Part shown: piece by piece, positions 8,551-18,367 of the stretch
How positions within the stretch are numbered: the first letter of the stretch is position 1
Layout of the letters: every line of letters begins with the position of its first letter
Origin: Pseudobdellovibrionaceae bacterium
GTDB lineage: Bacteria > Bdellovibrionota > Bdellovibrionia > Bdellovibrionales > Bdellovibrionaceae
Direction of reading: 5' to 3'
NCBI GenBank assembly: GCA_044359815.1
Contig: JBIKLL010000029.1
Location: 1-27,868, forward strand
Length of the DNA: 27,868 nucleotides
Translations under genes and position numbers: made by a program
The notes under the pieces: model-generated
Databases searched by the model: none
Seen by the model: only the letters and a program-made list of their open reading frames with translations
Told to the model about the DNA's origin: nothing

Positions 8551-9708
8551 TTATTTTATCAGTCTTTCCATTGCTTCAATGGATTTGTTCATCGAATCAG
8601 GGATGTTGGATCCAAATTTTGATTTGATGCTCACGCTGTAGTCCACAAAGCATTTTTTGGCGATGGGGGATTTCGAATACTCGGTGATGCATTCTTTAAA
8701 ATAAACATCAGCCAGACTGTAAAATCTGATGGGTGCTAAATCCTGTTCGATTTTTGCTAACAGGTACAACATTTCAGCTGTTGCATCGGACTTTGCTGAG
8801 GTGGTTCCGAACAATCGTTCATACAAAATTCCAGAATTTTTTAACAAATCCACCAAATAGGGATCATTCATGTCGAGCTTTTTACCAAACAACTTAGAGT
8901 CTACTTTGGTCTTAACCCAACTCAGCAATTCGTTGTCATTTAGTTTTTTTAGATCTTGAGAGGGTTCCTTGGACCAAGCTTTAAAGGATTCAATCCAAGT
9001 TTTTATGGTTTTAGTGATTTCTTTTGGCAGATTTTTGTTTTTCAGATTTTGATTAAAGCTTTGGATGGCTTGATTAGGATTGCGACTGACTCTGGCATAA
9101 AAAGCCAGTTTTCTTTCAAGGGATAATTTGATTTCAGCAATGCTTTGGTTTGCTGTGTAGCCTGCAATGATATCATCAAACTGTTCAATGGCTTTTTCAT
9201 ATTGATGAGACAAAAACAAAAATTCAGCATCCCTGAAATTGGGTTTTTTATCAATTTTGTCTTTTAAAACCTTCCAGGGAATGGTTTCAATTTTTTCAGG
9301 TATACGGGTGTGACAGGCAATGCAAAGACCTGTGGTGGCATTAAGCTTATCCCATGCGTATTCGTAAACTCCGGCTTCAAACAATTCCTGAGTGTCCCTT
9401 AAATGTCTGGAAATCAATCCATAGGTAGCGCCAAAGCTAGAAGTGTTTTTGATTTTCTGGGGCTCCATTTCCATTAATTTAGTGTCCAGGTTTTTTAAAG
9501 TGGTCATAATTTTTGTTTTGTTGTTTGGATTTTTAAAATCCTCAAAGGAAACCATATAGGGTTTCAAATCAAGCAGCGTCCCGTAGAAAAAATGCATTGT
9601 GGCTTTGATTGGGATTTTATCGTTCTGCGGATTTTCGGCAAAGGCTGCCAGGCTGTTAAAACTGATCAGTGCGCCTGCAAAACATTTTATCAATCCAGCA
9701 ACAGTCAT
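8551..9708 (-). CDS. Secreted mono-heme c-type cytochrome with TPR-like helical C-terminal region
   Basis: Signal peptide (AFA), single CIACH heme motif, helical repeats (AEFLFLSHQYEKAIEQF; AEMLYLLAKIE); GGAGG SD. Confidence 0.65.
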   Translation of the reverse strand: MTVAGLIKCFAGALISFNSLAAFAENPQNDKIPIKATMHFFYGTLLDLKPYMVSFEDFKNPNNKTKIMTTLKNLDTKLMEMEPQKIKNTSSFGATYGLISRHLRDTQELFEAGVYEYAWDKLNATTGLCIACHTRIPEKIETIPWKVLKDKIDKKPNFRDAEFLFLSHQYEKAIEQFDDIIAGYTANQSIAEIKLSLERKLAFYARVSRNPNQAIQSFNQNLKNKNLPKEITKTIKTWIESFKAWSKEPSQDLKKLNDNELLSWVKTKVDSKLFGKKLDMNDPYLVDLLKNSGILYERLFGTTSAKSDATAEMLYLLAKIEQDLAPIRFYSLADVYFKECITEYSKSPIAKKCFVDYSVSIKSKFGSNIPDSMNKSIEAMERLIK

Positions 9709-9795
9709 AATTCCTCCATGAAATTAATTAAACAAATAGGCAAGCAAATCGATAAATAAATGATGACGATTAAATGGATTTTAATCAACTTAAGA

Positions 9796-11046
9796 CTATG
9801 ACCTAATTTGTCCCACTCCGTCCACAACCCATCGAGTGGTGGTCAGAGCTTCCAATCCTACAGGTCCCCGAACATGCAGCTTCTGAGTGCTGATTCCCAT
9901 TTCACCACCCAGCCCAAACTGTGCCCCATCGGTAAAACGGGTAGAGGCATTCCAGTAAACCACGGCTGCATCTATTTCATTCTGAAATCGCCTTGCCAGC
10001 ATTTCATTGTTGGTAACAATGGCTTCGCTGTGTTTTGATCCATGTTGTTCAATATGTTGAAGGGCCTCATTAATTTCAGAAACGATTTTGCAATTAATTT
10101 TCAGATCCAAGTATTCTGTGTCAAACGAATTTTTGTCAGCAAGCAAAATGCTTTTTTGCTTTGGCATCAAGGCCAAGCTTTGTTGGCAGCAGTGCCACTG
10201 AACCTCGGGCATTAATTCATAAGCCTTTGGCAGAAATGTTTTTGCAATGTCTTTGTGAACTAAAACCGTTTCGGTGGCGTTGCAAACACCAGGTCTGTGT
10301 GTCTTAGCATTTTTTAAAATTTTCAGTGCCATTTCTAAATCAGCCTCTGCGTCGATGTAGGTATGGCAAAGACCTCTGTCATTTTGAATCACCGGAATAC
10401 TGGAATGCTTTTTAACGTGTTCGATTAATTTATCACCGCCCCGAGGAATCAACAAATCTATAAATTTATTCTGAGTCATCAGCCAATCTGTCTGTTCGCG
10501 ACTGACATTGGATAATCCCGTAAAAATATCTGTGGGCATTTTTTCCTTTTTAAGGGTGTCGCTGATTATATTAAATAAAAATTGCGCTGAATGCTGAGCT
10601 TCCTTGCCACATTTCATAATGATGGCATTTCCGCTTTTAATTGCCAATGCCACGGCTTCAGCAATCACATTGGGGCGGGCCTCAAAAATAAATAAAATAG
10701 TTCCAAAGGAATCAGTCTTTTGCTTCAAGGTTAAGCCATTGTCCAATGTGCGCAGACCCAGGGTTTTGCCAACAGGATCTGGCATTGAGATAATGTGATT
10801 CACAGCCTCGGACATAGATTGCACCCGACGTGCGTTCAGTGTCAGTCGGTCTTGCAAAGCGTTTGTAAAATCCTTAGAGGTTTTAAAATTTTCAACGTCT
10901 ATCAGGTTTTGTTCCAACAACTGGTTTTGTTTGGCGGCTATGGATTCAGACAAAGTTTTTAAGAACTGATTTTTTGGATCAGAGGCCATCAGTCTTAATT
11001 TTTTAGAAGCTATTTTAATTTTTCCCAGGTCTAAACTATCAATCAT
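9796..11046 (-). CDS. proA: Gamma-glutamyl phosphate reductase
   Basis: FEARPNV, IPRGG, CNATETVLVH, NASTRFTDG, GISTQKLHVRGP. Confidence 0.97.
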   Translation of the reverse strand: MIDSLDLGKIKIASKKLRLMASDPKNQFLKTLSESIAAKQNQLLEQNLIDVENFKTSKDFTNALQDRLTLNARRVQSMSEAVNHIISMPDPVGKTLGLRTLDNGLTLKQKTDSFGTILFIFEARPNVIAEAVALAIKSGNAIIMKCGKEAQHSAQFLFNIISDTLKKEKMPTDIFTGLSNVSREQTDWLMTQNKFIDLLIPRGGDKLIEHVKKHSSIPVIQNDRGLCHTYIDAEADLEMALKILKNAKTHRPGVCNATETVLVHKDIAKTFLPKAYELMPEVQWHCCQQSLALMPKQKSILLADKNSFDTEYLDLKINCKIVSEINEALQHIEQHGSKHSEAIVTNNEMLARRFQNEIDAAVVYWNASTRFTDGAQFGLGGEMGISTQKLHVRGPVGLEALTTTRWVVDGVGQIRS

Positions 11047-11888
11047 TTGTGCCTCTTAAAAGCCATCGCAGTTTTTTTCACAGTTTTTAATTTCTGACCC
11101 GTGGCTTTGCCAAATTTCAACTTCTTGTTGCTTTTTGAGGACGCCTTTATGGTCGTGCCTGTTTTGTGGCCTGCGCCCAAATTTATCAAAACATTAGCCA
11201 AACTGCCTTTGACCACATGGCTTTCGATTCCACTTTTGCTGGCCAGCTTGGAGGCCAGCAATTTAGACGGCAGGCCACCACGACCGTATTGAGATTTCTT
11301 CTGTGAACCTTTAATTTTAAAGGTTTGAATGTTTTCAATTACAGGAATGACTTGTGCTTGGGGGTCCGATGGGTCTCGGTCAAAAATCCCATTCACATTT
11401 GTCAGCAAAATTAGTTTCTTGGCCTTGATTTCAGCAGCGACCATGGCAGACAACATATCGTTGTCTCCAAACTGTATTTCCTCGGTGGCGATAGCATCGT
11501 TTTCATTTAAAATGGGAACCATATTCCACTGTAACAATTGCTTTAAAGTATTTAAAAAGTTTTTACGGTTATTAAGATTTTTAAAATCAGCATAGGTCAG
11601 TAAAATCTGAGCCCCCAACAATCCATGTTCGTGCAGGGCCGTGTTGTATAGATTCATTATCAGCGGTTGGCCAATGGCGCTGAGAGCCTGTTTTTCCTTG
11701 AGGGATTTCCAGTTTTTCTGGGTTCGAACTTTGGCTGTGGCGATGGCTCCCGAGGACACTATGATGACCTGAATGTTTTTACTTTTTTTCAATTGGGCAA
11801 TGTCACGGACAATGCTTTGGATAAAAAGCGGACCTTCTTCAACAATAATTTGTGAGCCGATTTTTATGATCCATATTTCTGATTTCAT
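11043..11888 (-). CDS. proB: Glutamate 5-kinase lacking a PUA domain
   Basis: IKIGS, VSSGAIA, PILNENDA, FGDNDMLSA, GRGG; 4-bp ATGA overlap with proA. Confidence 0.95.
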   Translation of the reverse strand: MKSEIWIIKIGSQIIVEEGPLFIQSIVRDIAQLKKSKNIQVIIVSSGAIATAKVRTQKNWKSLKEKQALSAIGQPLIMNLYNTALHEHGLLGAQILLTYADFKNLNNRKNFLNTLKQLLQWNMVPILNENDAIATEEIQFGDNDMLSAMVAAEIKAKKLILLTNVNGIFDRDPSDPQAQVIPVIENIQTFKIKGSQKKSQYGRGGLPSKLLASKLASKSGIESHVVKGSLANVLINLGAGHKTGTTIKASSKSNKKLKFGKATGQKLKTVKKTAMAFKRHK

Positions 11889-11894
11889 CCAACC

Positions 11895-11923
11895 AGACTA
11901 AGGTGAAGAAATCGTCCAGTCAA
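11895..11923 (-). promoter_or_regulatory. sigma70-like promoter of proBA, leaderless geometry
   Basis: TTGACT(11923-18)-17-TAGTCT(11900-895)-6-ATG(11888); no SD. Confidence 0.65.
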
Positions 11924-11982
11924 TCTTGCTGGGTGATTTCATAAGCTGCCGCAAAAAACTGAATGCCATTACACTCTTAAGG

Positions 11983-14472
11983 ATGACAAATGAATCTTGG
12001 GTCGTGCATAAATTTGGTGGAACCAGTGTTGGATCAGTGGCCGGCTATCAAAGTGCCGCCAAAATCATAATTGATGATTCCAAAAGACTGCCTGATAGCC
12101 GTCAAGCCGTAGTGGTTTCAGCAATGTCGGGTGTGACCAATAAACTGATTGAATTGGTGGAACAGGCAAAATCCAAAAATGATGCCTTTATGACAGGGCT
12201 ACAGGATTTGTTAAATAAACATGTCACAACTTTGAAAACCCTAACTGATGAAAAACAGGCTCAAGAGTTTTCAGCTTTGATCAAAAAAGACATCCAAGAC
12301 ATCAGCGATATATTAAAAAGCGTCAAGGTCACAGGCACATTCACACCCTCTACCATTGAAATTGTCAGCGGATATGGCGAGGTCTGGTCAGCGCAAATCC
12401 TCAGTCGCTATTTTACATTTGTCAACCATCCCACTGAATGGTTGGACGCCAGAACCGTTTTGACCATTGTTAAAAATGATTCGGGTCCCAGTGTGGATTG
12501 GAAGCATTCGCAAAATCGCATTGACCCTTGGCTTAAGGCCGCAAAGCCATTTCCGTTTTTAGTCATCACGGGCTATGTGGGATCCACTGCTGACGGGGTT
12601 CACACCACCTTGGGCAGAAACGGCAGTGATTTTTCAGCATCTATTTTTGCAAAACTTTTAAAGGCTTCTTGGATCACCATTTGGACTGACGTCAATGGAG
12701 TGCTCAGTGCCGATCCTAGAAAAGTTCCAGACGCTTTTGTGCTAGATACATTGTCTTATGCTGAAGCCACGGAATTGGCATTTTTTGGAGCCAAGGTCAT
12801 TCATCCAAAAACTATTTTGCCAGCCATTGAAGAAAAAATCCCTGTATCCATCAGAAATACCTTTAATCCGACTCATCCAGGAACTGTGATTCAAAGTGAA
12901 AACCCCAAAAACAGTGATCAACACCCTATTAAGGGTATCGCAACCATTGATGAAGTCGCATTGCTAAATCTGGAAGGCACGGGGATGTTGGGTGTACCAG
13001 GTGTGGCCAGCAGATTGTTTGGTGCTCTGAAGGAAGTCGGAGTGTCTGTGATAATGATTTCACAGGCCAGCAGTGAGCAGTCGATCTGTTTTGTGATCCC
13101 AGGAAGCCAAGGAAATTTGGCTAAAGAAACAGTTGAAAAAGTATTTTTCGCTGAGTTTCATCATAAGCTTTTTCAAAAAATTGATTTAATTTATCCCTGC
13201 ACAGTTTTGGCGGCAGTGGGTGATTCGATGGTGGCTCACAAAGGAATCGCTGCCAGATTTTTTTCCAGCCTAGCCAGTGCGGGCGTGAACATAAAAGCCA
13301 TCGCCCAGGGTTCCAGTGAGCGCAATATTTCAGTCGTGATAGATCACAAAGACTCCAACAAAGGGCTGCGTGCTGCGCATTCAGGGTTTTATCTGTCCAA
13401 TCAAACCCTGAGTGTGGGATTGATAGGATCTGGATTAATTGGATCTACCTTTTTAAAACAACTGTCTGGTGAGCTTAAAAAACTTAAAGCTGATTTTCAT
13501 GTGGATGTCAGAATCCGCGGGATAACCAGCAGTCAAAAAATGCTTTTGGATGATCAGGGGATTGGTTTAGATAACTGGCAGGCAAAACTGGAAACTGCAG
13601 AAACTGCAAATTTAAAAAAGTTTGTGGATTTTATTGATGCGGATTATTTTCCCCACTCAGTGATTATTGATTGCACAGCCAGTGACGAAATAGCATTGCA
13701 ATACACACATTGGCTTGAGCGGGGAATCCACATTGTGACTCCAAACAAAAGAGCTAATTCCAGTTCGCAGATTTATTATTCACAGATCAAAAATCTGAGT
13801 CTGCAAAAGGGCGGTCGCTATCTGTATGAAACAACGGTGGGGGCGGCCCTTCCAATTATTTCGACCATCAGGGATTTGGTAAACACCGGTGATCATATTC
13901 ATAAAATCGAAGGGATTCTGTCAGGCACTTTGTCGTATATTTTTAATAATATGGCATCAGGGGCGGCCTTTTCAGACATTGTTATGCAGGCTAAAAAAAT
14001 GGGATTCACTGAGCCTGATCCCCGTGATGATTTGTCGGGTAAAGACTTTGGCAGAAAACTGGTGATTTTAGCTCGGGAATGCGGATTAAAACTTGAGCTT
14101 GATCAGGTGCAGATTGAATCCTTAGTTCCGACCGAGCTGCAGAAAGTTTCACTGGACGAGTTTTTAAAAAGGCTTCCAGAATTTGACAAGCAATTGGCAG
14201 CGAAGTTGGATAACGCAAAAAAATCTAACAAAATTCTGAGGTATGTGGGATTGATCGAGGGCGGGAAGGCCCGGGTACAACTGATCGAACTCAGTGCTGA
14301 GCATCCCTTTGCGGGATTAAAGGGCACAGATAATGTGATTGCCTTTACGACAGACAGGTATTCAAAAAATCCATTAATAGTGCAAGGACCGGGGGCGGGG
14401 CCTGATGTCACTGCTGGTGGAGTGTTTGCAGATTTGCTAAGACTGGCTTCATATTTAGGAGCCCCTTCGTGA
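11983..14472 (+). CDS. thrA: Bifunctional aspartokinase/homoserine dehydrogenase
   Basis: KFGGTSV, TLGRNGSDFSA, two ACT domains (ISQASSEQSI, IAQGSSERNI), GSGLIG, YETTVGAALP, GPGAG. ATG 11983 is preferred over the upstream TTG 11926. Confidence 0.96.
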   Translation: MTNESWVVHKFGGTSVGSVAGYQSAAKIIIDDSKRLPDSRQAVVVSAMSGVTNKLIELVEQAKSKNDAFMTGLQDLLNKHVTTLKTLTDEKQAQEFSALIKKDIQDISDILKSVKVTGTFTPSTIEIVSGYGEVWSAQILSRYFTFVNHPTEWLDARTVLTIVKNDSGPSVDWKHSQNRIDPWLKAAKPFPFLVITGYVGSTADGVHTTLGRNGSDFSASIFAKLLKASWITIWTDVNGVLSADPRKVPDAFVLDTLSYAEATELAFFGAKVIHPKTILPAIEEKIPVSIRNTFNPTHPGTVIQSENPKNSDQHPIKGIATIDEVALLNLEGTGMLGVPGVASRLFGALKEVGVSVIMISQASSEQSICFVIPGSQGNLAKETVEKVFFAEFHHKLFQKIDLIYPCTVLAAVGDSMVAHKGIAARFFSSLASAGVNIKAIAQGSSERNISVVIDHKDSNKGLRAAHSGFYLSNQTLSVGLIGSGLIGSTFLKQLSGELKKLKADFHVDVRIRGITSSQKMLLDDQGIGLDNWQAKLETAETANLKKFVDFIDADYFPHSVIIDCTASDEIALQYTHWLERGIHIVTPNKRANSSSQIYYSQIKNLSLQKGGRYLYETTVGAALPIISTIRDLVNTGDHIHKIEGILSGTLSYIFNNMASGAAFSDIVMQAKKMGFTEPDPRDDLSGKDFGRKLVILARECGLKLELDQVQIESLVPTELQKVSLDEFLKRLPEFDKQLAAKLDNAKKSNKILRYVGLIEGGKARVQLIELSAEHPFAGLKGTDNVIAFTTDRYSKNPLIVQGPGAGPDVTAGGVFADLLRLASYLGAPS

Positions 14473-15410
14473 AATTAAAAAAAGTTAAAGCTTTCGCTCC
14501 CGCCAGCGTGGGTAACGCCGCTGTGGGATTTGATATTTTTGGATTTGCCATTGAAGGCATTGGCGACACAGTTATGGCCACTAAGACATCGCAGGCAAAG
14601 GCAGTTCGGATTTTGTCCATCAATGGCAGGGTTACTGATCTGCCGATGGAGCCCAGTCAAAACACTGCAGGAAAAGCGGCCCTGCATTTGCTAAAAAAAT
14701 TCGACGCTGATTTTGGAGTGGATTTAGAAATTATCAAGGGCATACCCATGGGTTCAGGTTTGGGTGGCAGTGCTGCCAGCAGTGTGGCTGCGGTCATGGC
14801 TGTGGGAAAGCTTTTTAAAAAAAGCAAAACCAAATTAGAACTGCTGGATTCAGCGGTTGAAGGCGAAAGCGCAGCCACGGGTTCACGCCATGCAGATAAT
14901 GTAGCGCCTTCTTTGTTTGGTGGTCTGCAAATAGTTGTCGATAACGATCCCTTAGTGGTCACTGATTTGCCAGTGCCGTCAAAAATTTATTACGTTGTTG
15001 TTCATCCCGATTTGAAAATTGAAACTAAAACCGCCCGTGGGATTTTGAAACCAGAAATCAGCCTTAAGCAGTTTATAAAACAAAGCGCTCTGATTGCTGG
15101 ATTTACCAAGGCTTGCTGCAAAGGCGACATGAATTTGCTAAGACTGACGCTGAAAGACACAGTCATTGAACCCCAGCGAGCTCACCTGATCCCTGGATTT
15201 TCACAGGCAAAACAGGCCTGTGCTGATTTGGGAGCCATTGGGTTTTCGATTTCAGGTGCAGGTCCCAGTGTGTTTGCCTGGGCGGACTCAAAAGCCAAGG
15301 CTGCGAAAATTGGATCTAGCATCAAAAAAATATTTGAGGACAATCAGATGCTGGCCAGCGTATTTGTTGGTAGGATTTCAAAAAAAGGCGCCTACATAAA
15401 AACCAAGTAA
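14469..15410 (+). CDS. thrB: Homoserine kinase
   Basis: APASVGNAAVGFD, GHMP motif PMGSGLGGSAA, HADNVAP, ISGAGPS; GTGA overlap with thrA. Confidence 0.96.
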   Translation: MKLKKVKAFAPASVGNAAVGFDIFGFAIEGIGDTVMATKTSQAKAVRILSINGRVTDLPMEPSQNTAGKAALHLLKKFDADFGVDLEIIKGIPMGSGLGGSAASSVAAVMAVGKLFKKSKTKLELLDSAVEGESAATGSRHADNVAPSLFGGLQIVVDNDPLVVTDLPVPSKIYYVVVHPDLKIETKTARGILKPEISLKQFIKQSALIAGFTKACCKGDMNLLRLTLKDTVIEPQRAHLIPGFSQAKQACADLGAIGFSISGAGPSVFAWADSKAKAAKIGSSIKKIFEDNQMLASVFVGRISKKGAYIKTK

Positions 15411-15420
15411 GGGATTCAAA

Positions 15421-16734
15421 TTGAAATTTATCAGCACTCGGTCGGAAACTTCGGGCATTCATTTAAAGACCTTTCAAAATTCTGGATTCAGTTTGAGCGA
15501 AGCCATTCAAATGGGATTGGCCGTTGATGGTGGATTGTTCGTGCCAGACAGCGTGCCTGAATTGGAATATCAAAAACTGGATTGTTCAGAACTTTCCCGA
15601 TCAGCTCCTAAGGTTTTAGAAAATTATTTTTCAAATGATTTACTGGCCAATCAACTGCAATCGATTTGCACCAATGCTTTTAATTTCCCCATTCCGCTGA
15701 AAAAACTGGATGCTTCAACCAGCTTGCTAGAGCTTTTTCATGGACCGACTTGCGCTTTCAAAGATTTTGCAGCTCGGTTTTTAGCCGGATGTTTCAGTCA
15801 CATACCCTGTGAAACCGACAGAAACATTATTGTTGCCACCAGTGGTGACACGGGCGGCGCTGTGGCGGCGGCTTTTTGTGCTTCGGCAAACACCGAAGTC
15901 GGGATTTTGTTTCCTAAGGGTTTAGTGTCTGAGCTCCAGCAAAGACAACTGACCTGTTGGGGTGGCAATGTCCACGCATTTTCGGTCAGGGGAACCTTTG
16001 ATGATTGTCAAAAAATCGCAAAAGCTTGTTTTCAGGACGATGAATGGCCTAATCGTGACGGGTTGACCTCTGCAAACAGCATAAATATCGGCAGATTGCT
16101 GCCGCAGATTGCGTATTTCGCCTTTATTGCCACAAAATATGCCGCTGGAAATTCTGGAGCCAAAGCTAATTTTATAATCCCTACGGGCAATATGGGAAAC
16201 GCTGCCGGTTGTTTTTATGCCCGCGAAATGGGGATGCCCATTGGTCACATCACTATTGCCACCAATGCCAACAAAACTTTGAGTGAATATTTTCAGTCAC
16301 ACAGTTATTTGCCCAGACCCTCGGTGCAGACCCTGGCCAACGCTATGGATATTGGCAGTCCCAGCAATATGGAAAGATTATTTCATTTGTATCCTGACCA
16401 AAATGATTTGTTTGCAAATGCCAGCGCTATCAGTGTTTCTGATGAGGAAATTAAGGCCACAATTTCTGAGGTCTATCGTGTGTACAATGAAATTATTTGT
16501 CCTCACACGGCCTGTGCCTTTAGTGCCCGCAAAAAAATCAAACAGGATCATTGCATTGTTGTGGCGACAGCTCATCCAGCCAAGTTTGAATCCATTGTTG
16601 AACCCATAATCAGACAGAAAATTCCAGTTCCAGAGGCTTTAAAAAATCTGCTGAATCAATCAGAAATGTTTTTTGAGATTGATGCCAGCTTGGATTCATT
16701 CAGAAAAGCCTGGATCAACCGCAAAGAAAAATAA
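15421..16734 (+). CDS. thrC: Threonine synthase
   Basis: LELFHGPTCAFKDF (PLP lysine), ATSGDTG, SANSINIGR, PTGNMGN, ATAHPAKF. Confidence 0.96.
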   Translation: MKFISTRSETSGIHLKTFQNSGFSLSEAIQMGLAVDGGLFVPDSVPELEYQKLDCSELSRSAPKVLENYFSNDLLANQLQSICTNAFNFPIPLKKLDASTSLLELFHGPTCAFKDFAARFLAGCFSHIPCETDRNIIVATSGDTGGAVAAAFCASANTEVGILFPKGLVSELQQRQLTCWGGNVHAFSVRGTFDDCQKIAKACFQDDEWPNRDGLTSANSINIGRLLPQIAYFAFIATKYAAGNSGAKANFIIPTGNMGNAAGCFYAREMGMPIGHITIATNANKTLSEYFQSHSYLPRPSVQTLANAMDIGSPSNMERLFHLYPDQNDLFANASAISVSDEEIKATISEVYRVYNEIICPHTACAFSARKKIKQDHCIVVATAHPAKFESIVEPIIRQKIPVPEALKNLLNQSEMFFEIDASLDSFRKAWINRKEK

Positions 16735-16745
16735 ATTCTATATGG

Positions 16746-17150
16746 CCACTTGTCTGCGGTAAATTTAAATTTTAAAAAATATTTCTATGATTTTACACCT
16801 TGTGAATACATTTGCGAGCGTGCATGGCATATCTCGTGATGCGTAAATGCAGAGGCAATTTTTTTCACTATTTTTAGACACTCGCTAACGGCCGCGGGCT
16901 CATCTCTCGTATTGAGTCATTTAATTTAGCTAAGTATATGATTAATAATTTATCATATGCTTAGCTAAATTAAATGACTCAACACCAGATATGCCCCGCA
17001 CGCTCGCTGCATGTGTCTAAAAACAGTAAAAACAAATTGCCTTTGCATTTATGCAATACGAGAGATGAGCTTGCGGCCGTTAGCAAGTATTCTCAAGGTG
17101 TAAAATCATAGAAATATTTTTTAAAATTTAAATTTACTGCAGATAAGTGG
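16746..17150. repeat. Nested ~405-bp rod-like inverted repeat between convergent thrC and purU
   Basis: Stem A 16746-16809/17087-17150 (61/64), stem B 16840-16881/17013-17055, stem C 16912-16942/16952-16982 (30/31), separated by two GC-rich motif pairs. Confidence 0.95.
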
Positions 17151-17167
17151 GCCAGTTGTAAATAGAT

Positions 17168-18019
17168 TTAAAAAACGACAGTGCGGTTGCCGTCAACCAG
17201 CACTTTGTTATCAATCACCAGATTTAAAGCTCGGGATAAAACTATTTTTTCGACATCCTGGCCTAATTTTGCCATTTCATTAATTGTGCATGAATGGTCC
17301 ACAGAAATGACGTCTTGATAAATGATGGGTCCCTCATCCAATTTTTCAGTCACAAAATGGGCGGTGGCTCCGATGATTTTAACTCCGCGTTGATAGGCCT
17401 GTTCATAGGGATTTTTGCCAATAAAGGCGGGCAAAAAGCTGTGATGAATATTTAAAATCCGCTCTGGGTAAGTTTTTATAAAATCCTGGCTTAAAATCCT
17501 CATATATCTGGCAAGCACCAAATAGTCTGGTTTGTATTTTGATAATATTTTTAAAATTTTTTGTTCGTGCTCGGCTCGGTGTTGGGGTTTGTTGCCCGTA
17601 ACCTCTACGCAATGAAAGGGTAAATCCAATCTTTTGACTAAATCTGCAGCGTCAGAATGCTGGCTGATCACGGCTAAAATTTCTGCCTGAAGTTCCTGGG
17701 TGTGATGCTTGAGTAAAATATCGCCTAAGCAGTGCAGTTCTTTCGAGGCAAAAACCACTAATTTGGGCGCGGTCTTTCTGGTGATAGAGCAAAACGAATT
17801 TTTAGGAAGGCATTTAATGATTTTATCGCGCAGCGAGCTGGGCAGATCTTTGTCCTTACTGACTCCATCAAACTCGGTGCGCATAAAAAATCTTTTGGAA
17901 CTGTGATCTACAAATTCTTGATTTTGAGTGACATTAAGTCCCGATTCATACAGGACGCCAGTGACTTTGTGAACCAATCCCTGAGCATCCTGACATGAAA
18001 TCAACATCCTGTAGATCAT
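17168..18019 (-). CDS. purU: Formyltetrahydrofolate deformylase
   Basis: N-terminal ACT domain (CQDAQGLV..FFMR), VLARYMRILS, NIHHSFLPAFIG, GATAHFVTEKLDEGPII. Confidence 0.96.
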   Translation of the reverse strand: MIYRMLISCQDAQGLVHKVTGVLYESGLNVTQNQEFVDHSSKRFFMRTEFDGVSKDKDLPSSLRDKIIKCLPKNSFCSITRKTAPKLVVFASKELHCLGDILLKHHTQELQAEILAVISQHSDAADLVKRLDLPFHCVEVTGNKPQHRAEHEQKILKILSKYKPDYLVLARYMRILSQDFIKTYPERILNIHHSFLPAFIGKNPYEQAYQRGVKIIGATAHFVTEKLDEGPIIYQDVISVDHSCTINEMAKLGQDVEKIVLSRALNLVIDNKVLVDGNRTVVF

Positions 18020-18025
18020 AGCTTC

Positions 18026-18286
18026 CTATCTGTTTTTTGAAATGCTGCCATCAACTGGGTTAAAATAGATTTCGACTTTTCTACCCGTTTTGTCTTTACC
18101 ATAGATCTCATAGCAAGATCCAGGTTGCTTGAATTTCTCAATGGTGTAGCCCTCGGCTGTAACTTTTTGCTTGAAAGCTTCTTCGGTCATCCACTTGTCC
18201 TTGGGTTGATCGGTGCAAACTTTTTTCGCTTGGGCCATTGTGCCCCAAAAAGCTGTCATTAACAGAGTCAAAAATATTGATTTCAT
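18026..18286 (-). CDS. PepSY domain protein (secreted)
   Basis: Signal peptide; CT..PKDKW, GSCYEIYGKD..GRKVEIYFNPVDG; AGGAG SD. Confidence 0.85.
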   Translation of the reverse strand: MKSIFLTLLMTAFWGTMAQAKKVCTDQPKDKWMTEEAFKQKVTAEGYTIEKFKQPGSCYEIYGKDKTGRKVEIYFNPVDGSISKNR

Positions 18287-18367
18287 AGTTTCTCCTTTTA
18301 CAGATTCAGGTGCATAAAGTATTCCACACAGATTGCCTTATGCAAAGATTTTTGTTTATCATCAGGC

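Noticed and set aside
11926..11982. N-terminal extension of ThrA or a thrL-type leader peptide
   Set aside because: Homology starts at MTNESWVVHKFGG, the segment looks like promoter DNA, and it has no Thr/Ile codon run.
16814..17084. Hairpin or hammerhead ribozyme identity for the X/Y motif
   Set aside because: There is superficial likeness to hairpin-ribozyme loop B (CATATCTGGT, GAGAGA), but I could not place a loop A AGAA/GUC pair or a hammerhead CUGANGA/GAAA core.
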